Part shown: positions 41,884 through 60,352 of the stretch, one piece after another
How positions within the stretch are numbered: position 1 is the stretch's first letter
How the letters are laid out: each line of letters begins with the position of its first letter
Source: the human T2T-CHM13v2.0 reference genome, Homo sapiens
Strand: one strand, 5' to 3'
Length of the DNA stretch: 64,000 nucleotides
Assembly: GCF_009914755.1 (NCBI RefSeq)
Contig: NC_060938.1
Program-made: the position numbers and the translations under genes
The notes under the pieces: model-generated
The model's input: only the letters and a program-made list of their open reading frames with translations
The model's database searches: none
What the model was told of the DNA's origin: nothing

Positions 41884-44784
41884 CAGGTATAAGGTTTTTA
41901 TGTCTGCTTTTTCCTCTTTTACCTTGTGCCTAGGATAAAACACAGCTCAATAAATATTTGATCTGTAAATGTGACTGATTAGCTGACAAATGGGTTAGAA
42001 GAATTGTTACTTGGTGGTATCTCCCAAATACATTTAGGGAATGTTGATGTTGTGATAAGGCAATCGAATTTTCTCTGTAGGTCTAGACCCTACAGTTTTA
42101 CTCATTAGCTAGTCATAGTAAAATGTCCCTCATTAACATGGGTGACTTGCTACCCAACTGTTTCCTTTATCAGAAGCGGCTATATTAAGTACTTCAGTCT
42201 GTTCTTAATGATAGTACATCCACATCACTACGGAGACATGAATATTCATCAAAAGTTCAAAGAGATGACAAAGTCTAAAAACACAGAGGGGCAGTGAGAA
42301 ACCAAGAGAAGCAAAGAGGGGAAGAGAGTATTTGTAGTGATAGTCAGAGGCTCAGTAATTACACTTTTCTTCTTGTCATATTCTTTTCCTTTCCATCCAT
42401 AGGAGAATATATTTTCTAAGCAGGTGTAAGGCTTTCTCCCCCTGTTTTCAGCAAAGATGTTCCCTGCTAGCTTAGTACCTGGGTCATCAGAACAGACACT
42501 TGTTTGATGAAACATGGCTCTCTTGTTTGGACAGATAACGTTAACTACAAACATATGCTTACCTGTGAAGAGTTTCCTAGGTAAAGCCTAAAGCATCTTT
42601 CTTTTGAACATTTTTACTTTGCATTCAAACTGTGTTCTGATTTTGTGCCAAAAAATATCTTGCAATTCTCTTCTTACCAGAAACCGGAGGTAACATTCTT
42701 AGTTTGGAACCATGTGTCCCTTCTCTTCTTGTGCTTCTTGTTATCAGCTGTACTCAATGTTTTGACTCCACAGGTGAATCAGATGCACAAGAAATTTCGT
42801 GCTCGGCTTCCTCCACCTCTACCGCTGATTCAGAAACTATTCTCTTTTTGCCACGAAGACAAGAGATGAAATGCCAGCAATGTTTTCACTTTCTTCCATC
42901 ATCCACCTCTCTTTCTAAGAAATTTCTAAATGTTGACTTCCAAATTTGTGGGCCTTCCAGGCAGTTATTTTTGTCCATATGGAAACTGAACAGGAGCTAG
43001 AAATTTAGTAAATTTCATCATGTGAAATGTTTTTTCATAAGGGCCCAAATTGCAGTCTTTCAGAATTTTACACAGTTGTGGTGGTGGCAGGGGATAGTGA
43101 GGTGAAGAAGGGCAAGAAATGCTTTTAAATCTGCTTTAGGCTGTGTATGATCTTCATGAAAAGAGTATTTATTCATCTTAATCTGGGAATAGACAGCATG
43201 TGCTGCAAAGAACAGGGTATGTTGAAAGCTGGTTTATTTTTCTTTGCCAAGTATTTTCTCATTCTTGAATGTGACCCCAATTATGAAAGAGTTACAAATT
43301 AATGGCTCAGCCTTTCATCATCTTGATTTCTTGGTATAGGGCTGTAGAGAGGTGATGCTTCCTGTGAAAGAAATTGCGCTCAAAAGTACTTGAGGCAGTG
43401 AGTGGCACATAGCTTGGGAACCCTATTTACTAGACCAGTGAAGGGAGGCTTAAGTCCCATTTGGCTAATCAGCAATTTATTTTCACAGCAGAGGGAATTC
43501 TAGCAAACGGTGTTTAAGCAAATAAATAATAATGGCTTGGGGTGAGGCTATTAAGTCTCCAGCTATAACATTTGAGATTTAATAATGACTTGGAACTTTT
43601 CTATAGTAAAATACCATGCTGACCAGCTTACATCAGCATGGATGTTTGCCTTCATTAGCTTCACGGCTGTCAAGACTGTGACTTGTAAATTTTCACCCTT
43701 CACCTTCATGTAAAAGGCCACATACTCATGGTTACAAAGAGCACAGGAAATCATTTATTTTCCAGAAGGTTTAAGCGATTGGAATATTGGACTCAATATT
43801 TTTCTTTTGAACTATGTCTGTTCTTCTGACTGTGTAACTAGATACAAAAATAAAGAAGAGGAGAAGGTTGAATGAGCTTTACCTGACGCAAAATTGGTAA
43901 AGTAAAGCAGTAGTTAGCTTAGAAAAAGTGATTAGAAGCTGAAAAGCTAAGATCAAGAGCAAAAGGACAACTGGATTTCAGACATTAATTATTTTTAATT
44001 AAAGCATAAAGAAATCAACTTTATTCTCATACATTAGATACTATATTTGCTCTTAGCCAAAAGACTAAGAAGCAACCAGTCTCATATATTAGAAAGCCAT
44101 CCATATTTATGGGAGGCTGATTTAGAAATATATAATAATATTATTTTCCTGTTGTGTGCAGACTCTCATTTCAGAAGAGGATGACCAACAAATATCAGAA
44201 AATATCAGTGAGCTATTTCTGAGATTTTGCCTAAGCTTTGTGTGTACAATATATAGATATTAGCAAAATTTTATTCTTTTGATGCTTTCTCTAGGAAAGA
44301 GTTTATAATTATGCCATTTGCAAGATGCAAATCAATAGTTGTGTTTGAACAATTTTTTTTCTCTGAAGCAAGAAGTGTGACTTATTACGAAAAGTACACC
44401 TAGGATTGTAGTCATAAGCTTGTAAGAACAAAATAATAGCATATACGAAGTTAGGATGTGTTCAGAACAGAATGGGAATGGGAATACATGTGGGAGCATG
44501 CCTGGGTGCTCAGCACTTCGTAAAATGAATAAAACAATAGCAAATGTGATTTGGCAGTGCATGGTCCAGTAACTGCAGGGCTCAAAAACAGTGTGAAACA
44601 TTGCCTAATGATGAAAACTTCATTAGAAGTCAAGCTTTGTTGATTACAAATTAAGTGTTATCCCATTCTGCAAACTTAAGTTTAGGACCTTGGCCAAGAG
44701 TCACAGTAATTTTCTTTGAAACTTGGTCTCACTGCACTAGGCCAATCTTCTTTTTCTGTTGAAAATGTTCCAGAGGGAAGGTAG

Positions 44785-44958
44785 GTACAGCAGCATTACA
44801 TGGAAAGGATACTGGGCCGAAAATTTAAAAAGCTTGTCTTCCAGTTTTCAATGTGTTACTAACTAGGTATGTAAAGCTGGACATATAAACATTCCTTTGT
44901 GTTTCAGTTTACTAAATGGTAAAGTGATCCGTATCCTTCCAGCAGTAAAATTGTGAGA
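44785..44958 (+). mobile_element. MIR (MIR3-like) remnant
   Basis: TGGAAAGGATACTGGGC...TTACTAACTAGGTATG...TTTCAGTTTACTAAATGGTAAA. Confidence 0.55.
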
Positions 44959-46326
44959 TGATTGCCTGTAGTCTCTCGAATCTTGGTGCAAGGGGAGGAG
45001 AAGCATCTGAGCCCTGCTAACATGAAAACTTTGCCTCAGGGTCCAGTACTATGAGCTACCTTCTCATAGCTCAGAGCTACCCTATGAGCTACTTTCTTTA
45101 TCTGTGATATTATTGGTATTGGTGAGGAAGGGGAAAGAGGTTATTTTATTTTAACATATTTGGTGGGTATAAGTGCAGGATTCTTATATGCATATACTGT
45201 GTACTGGTGAAGCCTGGGCTTTTAGTGTACCCATCACTGAATAGTGAACATTTTACCCAATGGATAACTTTTCAACCCTCATGCCCCTCACATTGTCTCA
45301 TCTTCCCACCCTTTGTAGTCTTCAATGTCTATTATTCCCTTCTTTATGTCCATGTATACCCATCGTTTAGCTCTCACTTATAAGTGAGAACATGTGTTTT
45401 TTGATTTTCTGTTTTGGAATTAATTCACTTAGGATAATGGTCTCCAGTTCCATCTACGTTGCTGCAAAAGACATGATTTCATTCCTTTTTATGGCTCAGT
45501 AGTATTCCAAAGTGTGTATACATATGATGATGGAAACTTAGGTTGGTTCCATATCTTTGCTATTGCAAATAGTGCTGTGATAAACATATGAGAGCAGGAA
45601 TCTTCTTGATATGATTTCTTTACCTTTGGGTGGATACCAATGGTGGAATTGCTGGGTGAATTTTTAATTCTTTGGGAAATCTCCACACTGTTTTCCATAA
45701 AGGTTGTACTAATACAAATTCCCACCAATGGTGTATAAGCATTCCCTTTCCTCTGCATTCTTGGTAACATCTATTGTTTTTAGACTTTATACTAATGACC
45801 ATTCTGACTAGTGTAAGATGGTATCTCATTGTGATTTTAATTTGCATTTTTCTAATTAGTAATTTTGAGCATTTTTTCTGGTGTTTGTTGGCTCCTTGTA
45901 TGTCTTCTTTTAAAAAATGCCCATATTCTTTGCTCACTTTTTAATGGGATTACTTGTTTTTTTCCCTTTTGAGTTGTTTGAGTTCTTTGTAGATTCTGAA
46001 TATTAGTCCTTTTTAGGATGCATAGTTTGCAAATATTTACTCCTATTCTGTAGATTGTTTACTCTGTTGATTGTTTCTTTTGCTGTGCAGAAGCTTTTTA
46101 GTTTAGTTAAGTCCCATTTGTCTATTTTTGTTTTTGTCATGTTTGCTTTTGAGAATTTGGTCATAAATTCTTTGCTTAGGCTGATGTCCAGAAGAGTTTG
46201 TCCTAGGTTTCTTTCTAGGCTTTTTATTTTTGCAGGTCTCATGTTTAGGTCTTTAATCCATCTTGAGTTAATTTTTGTATATGATGAAAGGTAAGGGTTC
46301 AGTTTCATTCTTCTGTATATGGGTAT

Positions 46327-46680
46327 TGATAGAGTTTGGCTGTGTCCCTACCCAAATCTCATTTTGAATTGTAACTCCTACAATTCCCACGTGTTGTGGG
46401 AGGGACACAGTGGGAAGTAATTAAACCATGGGGGTGGTTCTTTCTTCTAATAGTGAATAATTCTCACGAGATCTGATGGTTCTGAAAAGAGGAGTTCTCC
46501 TGCACAAGCTCTCTCTCTCTTTGCCTGCCGCCATCCATGTAAGATGTGACTTGCTCCTCCTTGGCTTCTGCCATGATTGTGAGGCCTCTGCAGCCACATG
46601 GGACTGTAAGTACATTAAACCTCTCTTTCTTCTGAGTCTTGGGTATGTCTTTATCAACAGTGTGAAAACAGACTAATACA
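46327..46680 (+). mobile_element. THE1 solo LTR (THE1B-like, ERVL-MaLR)
   Basis: TGATAGAGTTTGGCTGTGTCCCTACCCAAATCTC...GAAAACAGACTAATACA; 5-bp TSD GGTAT/TGTAT. Confidence 0.92.
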
Positions 46681-47766
46681 TGTATCCAATTTCCCTAGCA
46701 CCATTTATTGAGTGCAGTGACATTTCCCCAGTGTATATTTTTATTGACTTTGTGGAAGATTTATTGGTTGTAGGTATGTGACTTTATCTTTGGACACTCT
46801 ATTCTGTTACATTGATCTGTGTATCTATTTTTATACCAGTATGATGTTGTTTTGGTTATTATAACCCTGTAACATTATTTGAAGTCAAGTAATGTGATGT
46901 CTCCAGCTTTGTTCTTTTTGCTTAGAATTGATTTAGCTTTTTGGGCTCTTTTTTGGTTCTGTATGAATTTTAGGATTTTTTTTCTAATTCTATGAAAACT
47001 GTTGTTGGTAATTTGATAGGAATTGCATTGAGTCTGTAGATTGCTTTGGGCAGTATGTTTATTTTAAAAATATTGATTCTTCCAATCCATGAGTATGGAA
47101 TGTTTATCCATTTGTTTGTATCATCTTCAATTTGTTTCATCAGTGTTTTGTAGTTCTTTCTGTATAGATCTTTCACCTCTTTGGTTAAATTTACTCCTAA
47201 GTATTTAATTTTTTTTGGTACCTATTATAAATGGGTTTGCTTTCTTGATTTGGTTGTTGGCTAGATTGTTATTGGTGTATAGAAATGCTATTGATTTCTC
47301 TTCATATAATTTTATATCCTAAAACTTTATTGAATTCATCTATCAACTCTGAGTTTTTTGGTATAGTCTTCAGGTTTTTCTAGATATAAGATTATATTAT
47401 TGAGGAACAGAGAAAATTTAACTTCTGCTTTTCCAATTTGAATGACTTATTTTTTCTCTTCCCTAACTGTTCTGGCAAGAACTTCTTGTATTTGTTGAAT
47501 AAGAGTGGTGAAAGTGAACATCCTTATATTTTTGCAGTTCTTAGAGGGTGTTAAAGCAAACTAACTATGGCCTGAGAAGGACTCCGTACTGTATTTAAGT
47601 CCTTGTGGACAAACTGCAACCTAACTTAATAGGTAGACAAGATTGAAAACCTAACTTAGCTGTTCCAAGATGGCCAAATAGAAACAGCTCCGGTCTGCAG
47701 CTCCCAGCATGATCAACGCAGAAGATGGGTGATTCCTGCATTTCCAACTGAGGTGCCTGGTTCATC

Positions 47767-48093
47767 TCACTGGGACTGGTTGGACATTGGGTGCAGCCCA
47801 CAGAGGGTGAATCGAAGCAGGGCAGGGCATTGCCTCACCTGGGAAGCACAAGGGGTCAGGGATTTCCCTTTCCTAGCCAAGGGAAGCCATGACAGACTGT
47901 ACCTGGAAAAATGGGACACTCTCGCCCAAATACTGCACATTTCCAAAGGTCTTAGCAACCAGTAGACAAGGAGATCCTCTCCTGTGCCTGGCTTGGCGGC
48001 TCCTACACCCATGGAGCCTTGCTCACTGCTAGCGCAGCAGTCTGAGATGGAACTGCGAGGCAGCAGCCTGGCTGCAGGAGGGGCATCCACCAT
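47767..48093 (-). CDS. ORF0: L1 ORF0 homolog (antisense 5' UTR ORF), open, 108 aa; expression unproven
   Basis: MVDAPPAARLLPRSSISDCCASSEQGSMGVG...SHFSR aligns with L1HS ORF0 as I recall it (MAGAPPPASLPPCSLISDCCASNQRDSVGVG...TRFSR); ATG in GCAATGG context. Confidence 0.6.
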   Translation of the reverse strand: MVDAPPAARLLPRSSISDCCASSEQGSMGVGAAKPGTGEDLLVYWLLRPLEMCSIWARVSHFSRYSLSWLPLARKGKSLTPCASQVRQCPALLRFTLCGLHPMSNQSQ

Positions 48094-49766
48094 TGCTCAG
48101 GCTTGAGTAGGTAAACAAAGTGTCCAGGACACTTGATCTGGGCAGAGCCCACTGCAGCTTAGCAAGGCCTACTGCCTCTATAGACTCCACCTCTGTGGGC
48201 AGGGCATAGCTGAACAGAAGGCAGCAGACAATTTCTGCAGACTTAAACGTCCCTGTCTGATAGCTCTGAAAAGATCAGTTGTTCTCCCAGTACGGCGTTT
48301 GAGCTCTGAGAATGGACAGACTGCTTCCTCAAGTGAATCCTTGACCCCCGTGTAGTCTAACTGGGAGACACTTCCCAGTAGGGACCGACAGACACCTCAT
48401 ATAGGCAGGTGACCTTCTGGGACGAAGCTTCCAGAGGAAGGATCAGGCAGCAATATTTGCTGTTCTGCAATGTTTGCTGTTCTGCAGCCTCTGCTGGTGA
48501 TACCCAGGTAAACAGCATCTGGAGTGGACCTCCAGCAAACTCCAACAGACATGCAGCTGAGGGACCTGACTGTTAGAAGGAAAACTAAAAAACAGGAATA
48601 GCATCAACATCAACAAAAAGGACATTCACACCAAAACCCCATCTGTAGGTCACCAGCATCAAAGACCAAAGGTAGATAAAACCACAAAGATGGGGAGAAA
48701 CCAGAGCAAAAAAGCTGAAAATTCTAAAAACCAGAGCACCTCTTCTCCTCCAAAGGATCTCAGCTCCTCGCCAGCAACAGAACAAAGCTGGATGGAGAAT
48801 GACTTTGATGAGTTGACAGAAGTAGGCTTCAGAAGGTAGGTAATAACAGACTTCTCCGAGCTAAAGAAACATGTTCAAACCCGTCGCAAGGAAGCTAAAA
48901 ACCTTGAAAAAAGATTAGATTAATCACTAACTAGAATAAACAGTGTAGAGAAGACCTTAAATGATCTGATGGAGCTGAAAACCGTGGCACAAGAACTTCA
49001 TGATGCATGCACAAGCTTCAATAGCCGATTCAATCAAGCGGAAGAAAGGTTATCAGTGATTGAAGATCAAATGAATGAAATAAAGCGAGAAGACAAGGTT
49101 AGAGAAAAAAGAGTAAAAATGAATGAACAAAGCCTCCAAGACGTGGGACTATGTGAAAAGACCAAATCTATGTTTGATAGGTGTACCTGAAAGTGATGGG
49201 GAGAATGGAACCAAATTGGAAAACACTCTTCAGGATATTATCCAGAACTTCCCCAACCTAGCAAGGCAGGCCAACATTCAGATTCAGGAAATATAGAGAA
49301 CACCACAAAGATACTCCTCGAGAAGAGCAACCCCAGGACACATAATTGTCAAATTCACCAAGGTTGAAATGAGGGAAAAACTGTTAAGGGCAGTCAGAGA
49401 GAAAGGACGGGTTACGCACAAAGGGAGGCCCATCAGACTATCAGCTGATCTCTTGGCAGAAACCCTACAAGCCAGAAGAGAGTGGGGGCCAATATTTAAC
49501 ATTCTTAAAGAAAAGAATTTTCAACCCAGAATTTCATATCCTGTCAAACTAAGCTTCATAAGTGAAGGAGACATAAAATCCTTTACAGACAAGCAAATGC
49601 AGAGAGATTTTGTCACCACCAGGCCTGCCTTACAAGAGCTCCTGAAGGAAACATAGAAAGAAACAACCAGTACCAGCCATTGCAAAAACATGCCAAATTG
49701 TAAAAACCATCAATGCTATGAAGAAACTGCATCAAGTATGAAGCAAAATAACCAGCTAACATCATA

Positions 49767-53910
<4,144 letters not shown>

Positions 53911-54469
53911 ACAATGAGAACGCTTGGACACAGGGTGGGGAACATCACACACAGGGGCCTATCTGGGAGTTGGAGTGCTGAGGCAAGGATAGCATTAGGA
54001 GAAATACCTAATGTAAATGACGAGTTGATGGGTGCAGCAAATCAGCATGGCACATGTATACCTATGTATCAAACCTGCACGTTGTGCACATGTACCCTAG
54101 AAGTTAAAGTATAATAATAATAATAAAAAGAAAACCTAGTTTAGGAGTATGCATCTGTAACAATAGCTGAGTCTTGGCCAATCTCAGCCGCCATACTTCA
54201 ACCACTCATACACTGCTGAGTGTTCAAACTGTGTTCAAATAAGGCAAATTCGGAGCTGTAACCAATTCAGTTGTTTCTGTACCTCTCTTCTGATTTCTGT
54301 ATGTTCCTTCCCTTTTTTTGTCTATAAATTTGTTCTTACCACGAGGCATCCCTGCAATCTCTCTGAATCTGCTGTGATGCTGGGGGCTGCTTGATTTACG
54401 AATTGTTCTTTGCTCAATTAAACTCCTTTAAATTTAATTCAGCTGAAGTTTTTTTTTTTTTTTAACAGA

Positions 54470-54487
54470 TGGTGTTAGAAGTGGGGT
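54470..54487 (+). other. Retroviral primer-binding site, tRNA-Leu(CAA)-like
   Basis: TGGTGTTAGAAGTGGGGT 2 nt after the 5' LTR; near-complementary to the tRNA-Leu 3' end (expected TGGTGTCAGAAGTGGGAT). Confidence 0.75.
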
Positions 54488-55155
54488 CTGAAGTAGAGCC
54501 TCTATAAGAACCCCAGGAGTGCTGAGTGAACAAGCAAGGTATCTGCTGGAGCTACTTGTGTCCTTTGATCTCTCAGCAGCTGGAGATCATGGTAAGTTCT
54601 CTCTCAGATTTCAGAGCTCCATGGATTTGTGTTTTGAGCTCTCTAAGTTTCTTTGAGCAAATTTCTGTTCCAAACTGGGTTTGGAAGTTGCGACAGATAT
54701 TAGACTGGGTTCAGGATGGGATTTGATCCAGTAATTAACTGATTTGGATCCAGTAACAGGCCACTTACATCTGACTGGGTTGGAGATAAACTGGTAGTAA
54801 ATGGTAATATTGCAGGGGCTGTAAAATTTGGCTTTTGAAAATTCACAGGGATTTTTGTGTTCTACCCCTTTGTTTCATTTTTCTTGCATGCTTAGGTAGA
54901 AAAAAAATCATTGGCTAAGTTCACTAACGGAACCTGAAAGCAAAGCCGATATTTTAGTTAAAAATAGAATTCTTAATTTCTGGAAAACTGAGTTCCTTCT
55001 GGCTTATATGTTAGGCCTGGGAGGGAGCAAAGTCTTACGGAAATGGCAAAACATTACTAAAGGTAACTTACAGTGGAACATTCCAAATGAACAACAGTGC
55101 ATTGAAGTGCATTAAAAAAAAAAAAGTAAAAAAGGAAAGATGGCTCCCAAATTAG

Positions 55156-55574
<419 letters not shown>

Positions 55575-57001
55575 TTAATTTGGTTACCCCATGCCACCCC
55601 CTGGGTAGCATCTTGCAAAAGTAAGAGGATTTTGCTTGTGGTTCTGTGATTTTCCATTGTGATGCAGCTTGCCTCTCAGTGGTTGCTAGGGCCACTCAGG
55701 GAAGAGGAACTCCAAAACCTGACATGTTGGCAAAAAGGTAAGAATTGCTTACCAGTTAGACTTCTGGCCTCTCTGTCTCTGTGCAAACCTGTTGAATGAA
55801 TAATAAAGATTCCTGTTTATATCCTCTGTAAAATTTTGATTAATTGAAAAAAAGCATTTGTGAGGCTAGTCTCAAGCTGTAGCCAATCTGGTGTGCTTTT
55901 TATGTCTTTCTGTATGGTTCTGTCATAAGGAGGAATATCTTAAGCTAGAACATGGGCTTAGGACCCCATAACCCCGCTGTTCAAGCCAGCCTGGCAAACT
56001 GATCAGTTACAAACTTTGCTACACGTCTCTGAAAACACACCCACACCCACACACCCCCCAAAACTGGATAGGTCTCCATTTTGTTTTACGTGCTTGGGAG
56101 CTTGACTTTGTTACCATGTGGCAGTACTTTCTTTTGGTCTCTGCCATTTTACAATGGTGGCCCAGGTTCAATTCTGGCTTAGGGAATGAGTACTCTGGTT
56201 GATATCTGTGTGACCTTTACCATTTGCTGATTCCCCTCCACGAACAACTTCTAGTTTCCCTTCTTATACCTTCCTTTCTCTGAGCTATGTTTAAAGATTC
56301 TAGATTGTAAAAACTGCTTACCACTTCTTTGAAAATACCTCGTGCACTCATGATTAAGTCATAACCTTAATTGAAGCTTTTTGGTTTCACTTGTGAGGTT
56401 ACTTTTGGTAAAGTTTAAAAGCCAGAAATATTGTCCACTTGGTGTGGCTTAAGTCGGGTAATAAGAGATTTAAAAATACTTTTATAAAGAGGGTTATTTT
56501 TAAAAGTCACCTTAATTAATAGTGGATATTCAAGCTCTAACAATTTGGGACTCCTTGGGAAAAGCAAAGGAGGCACCATAGATCCTGTTTTGAAAAAAAC
56601 CCTCTGTTTTTGTCATGAAAACTTAGGAATTAAAAGTGGATATATCTTCCTCAAAATCTAAGACTCTGCTCTGTTTTGCATTGCATTATCTGATGTTTTT
56701 GACTTTTGGGCGTATCACAAATTACTTTGCATTATGAGAGAGCTTTGGTGTGTAACAACTAAGTAGGAGATATACTTTTAAGGATAGGCTGATTGCAGAA
56801 TGTGCTAATTGGCTTTGGGATGCTATGTGATAAAATGCACAGTAAAAGCATTGCACTGTCTTGTCGCATAGCATTTCCTTCCTTTTTGGGATCCAGGATG
56901 TGATGTAAAAATGGGACCTTTAATTTTTGAGATTTGTTTTTGTCTTCCACCTGTGCCTGCTTATTAGGCCATAAAAACTGCATGCTTTAAAGAGAAACTT
57001 A

Positions 57002-57640
<639 letters not shown>

Positions 57641-59333
57641 TTAAAAATTGTTCCCTAATTTACCTAGTTTGGAGCATTTGATTCTAGATAAGGCTTTGAG
57701 ATGTGTGGAAAGCCATGGTCCTAGCTACGCTGGAAAGAGTCAGACCTTGTCTGGTGTCCTAGGCTCCACACCTAGTACACAATTAAAATCCTTCACTTAC
57801 CAAGATTTTTCACCAATATTAAAAATTGCTAAGAGTTACCATTATAACAAATGAGACCACCAAAAAAATTGTTCTATATGCAAGGTGTGTGAGGAGAGTG
57901 AAATGTGTTTTTTTGGTAAAAATTATAAGAAGGCATGGGAATATACATTTTTGCCTAGTTCAGAGGGTTAAAGGATTGTTTTAAACTGGATGAGATAAAG
58001 CTAAAGGTTTAAACAAATTGTGAAAGGTTTGTAAAGATCATTCTTGTAAAGAAACTGTGAACATATTGACTAAATTTAAAGGTTTTTCTGTAAATTAAAC
58101 ATTAAAATAAAAGCACAATGGGTTTTTCTAGAACACTAATCTCTTTAACAAAAATTTATAAAGGGTTATAAAAGATGTATGAGAACTTTACATTGTGGTC
58201 AAACTGATTAAGATTGAATCAATTTGTTTATAAGGTTTTATTAAGAATTAGGGTTGACATTAGTGATACACTGATGCAAGGGTGAAATTTAGCTTTCTCT
58301 TGAACAAGATTTTCATGTAATATTAGGATAATGAAAGATTATTGTTTGCCTTTTGAATAAACTACTGAAAAAAGAAGGGAAAGAAAAGACACAGATTGTT
58401 TGGAAAGCTAAGTCCTCCCTCTATCAATGAGTAAAGGTTTTTGCCTTTTTAACAATGTTCAAGTCATCATTTTGGCGAAATGAATGACTTATGGTAACCT
58501 GGAATTCTGTTTCATAGAATCAAGTGTTTTAAACCTTTAACATATTTGATAGGCTTTCCAAAATAAAATTTCAGCTTCAAAATTGTATTTTCTGACCTCT
58601 AACTTTGAGATCCTACAGAGGGCCCCTGAAGCATCCAAAAGAGAGATAAATAGGGCTATTTGACATGTTAAGTTCCATGGGAAGCATTGTCAAAATAAAA
58701 GATAATGATTAACCTTCTTCAGGTTGTATTTTCGTGTATGTCATCGATATGTTCCAAAACTGTATGGGATTTCTAAAATTTTAATATGTCTGAGTATATG
58801 TTATCAGTCATAATTATGGTTATTAGGTTGTTACCATAAACCATAGAAATAACCAAATTTCCTTATCAATTGTGTTTTTGACTATTACTATTTAAAGTCA
58901 TTTCCACAGTTAATTGCTTAATGCTGTTGCAGTTTCTGAAAACTTCACAAGCACACAAAATCCTTGAATATGGTGTCTTTTAGGAGATTCATGAAAGGCT
59001 AGAAATGCTCCTGAAAAGCACTCTTGAATACAGGTTTCTAATAATTTTAGAATCATATTATTTGAACTGGGTAATGAAAAGACTGACTGGGTTATAAAAC
59101 TGCTAAACCAAGTAGAACAAAAATTAATTAAATACCAAGAAAATGCCTTGCCAGATTTTCATGCTAAATTAGCTGATACTAAAATTATTTAGATATACAA
59201 TTTGAATGAACTCATGGTCTAAGTCAATTTATTTACGATAACCCATCAGTTTTCAGTGCTATGCACCTAATTTGGAGAAGCAACCAGTATTCAAGAGGAT
59301 GTAAGTCTAATGTTAATTAAGCATGGACATATG

Positions 59334-59660
59334 GAGAACCAGGATGGCCACCGTGTTCTTCCCGAGTCCTTAAAGCTTTTGTTATTAAAGGTTCTGCATT
59401 CCATGACTCATCATGGAAAAGATAAAATTAAAGGTCCAAATTAAATATATATTGGTGTGGTGACTTCTAAATTGCTAAAATAGTTTATGACCAATGTTTG
59501 GTTTGTCAAACTCATATTCCTGGGAAGACAATCAAAGCTTCAGGTACATTTGGCTACCTAATGGACTCTTTAAATATTTATAAAGGGATTTCATTCAATT
59601 GTCATTTTCAATGCATTTTTTCTGGTTGTTTAAAAGCTTTCCCATGCAAGAGGGCTGATA
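59334..59660 (+). pseudogene. ERV integrase relic (HHCC zinc finger and start of the catalytic core)
   Basis: Manual translation across frameshifts and stops: VLPESLK...LHSMTHHG...YDQCLVCQTH...DFIQL...FSGCLKAFPCKRAD. Confidence 0.75.
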
Positions 59661-60352
59661 TTATAAAGTGAATTATTATACTACAGTGTATTTTCATCAG
59701 GTAAAGAAAGCTTTTTATGATTCACTGATTGAGGACAATCAACCCCTTCACAATCTAGAACTCAAAGATTGACTCTTCCGATAACATCAGAGAAAGACTG
59801 CCCTTGATGTCTATACTACAGCAAAACTTTGGGCCTTGAACCATGGGTTCATAATCTCACAACTGAAAAGGGGGTCCCTGCATACTCTTGGAACAGTACA
59901 CTCATTGGAACCCTTAAGGTAAAGCTAACCACAGAAATTTCTGCCCAGAAGAGGATGGCATCCTTGATGTGAACAGCTTTTTCCAAGATCATGGGTCAAG
60001 ACTTTTACTATTACGAGACTCTTATCTTTGGATATTTTTTTCCTTGCTTATGCCTTTATGAACAATAGAAGTGAAAAGGGAGTCTGTTATGTGCATGTAT
60101 TTACTTTTATTTATGAATTATTTTGCAGCCAGCCTTAATACATGGATAACCTTATACTTTGATAAAGATGAAGACCCAATGTAGGTGAGAAACTTTAATG
60201 GTACATACATTGCCTCATAATCAGTCAGAAACAGAACATTGGTTCACTTCTCTTAACCCATATTATGGTTAAAGGGAACATTGCCAGGAGGCCTTTACTC
60301 TTCTAGAAGGGCATAGTACGTTTTTTTTTTTTTTCCCATAGTTGGAGTAAAA

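Noticed and set aside
48450-48486. 17-bp tandem duplication in the L1 5' UTR near the ZNF93-bound region
   Set aside because: I recall this as part of the L1PA5/6 consensus, so it is not copy-specific
54190-54249. 60-bp perfect identity between the 5' and 3' LTRs, suggesting gene conversion
   Set aside because: The tract is CpG-free and only modestly longer than expected between LTRs that are roughly 90% identical by eye; not convincing without a test
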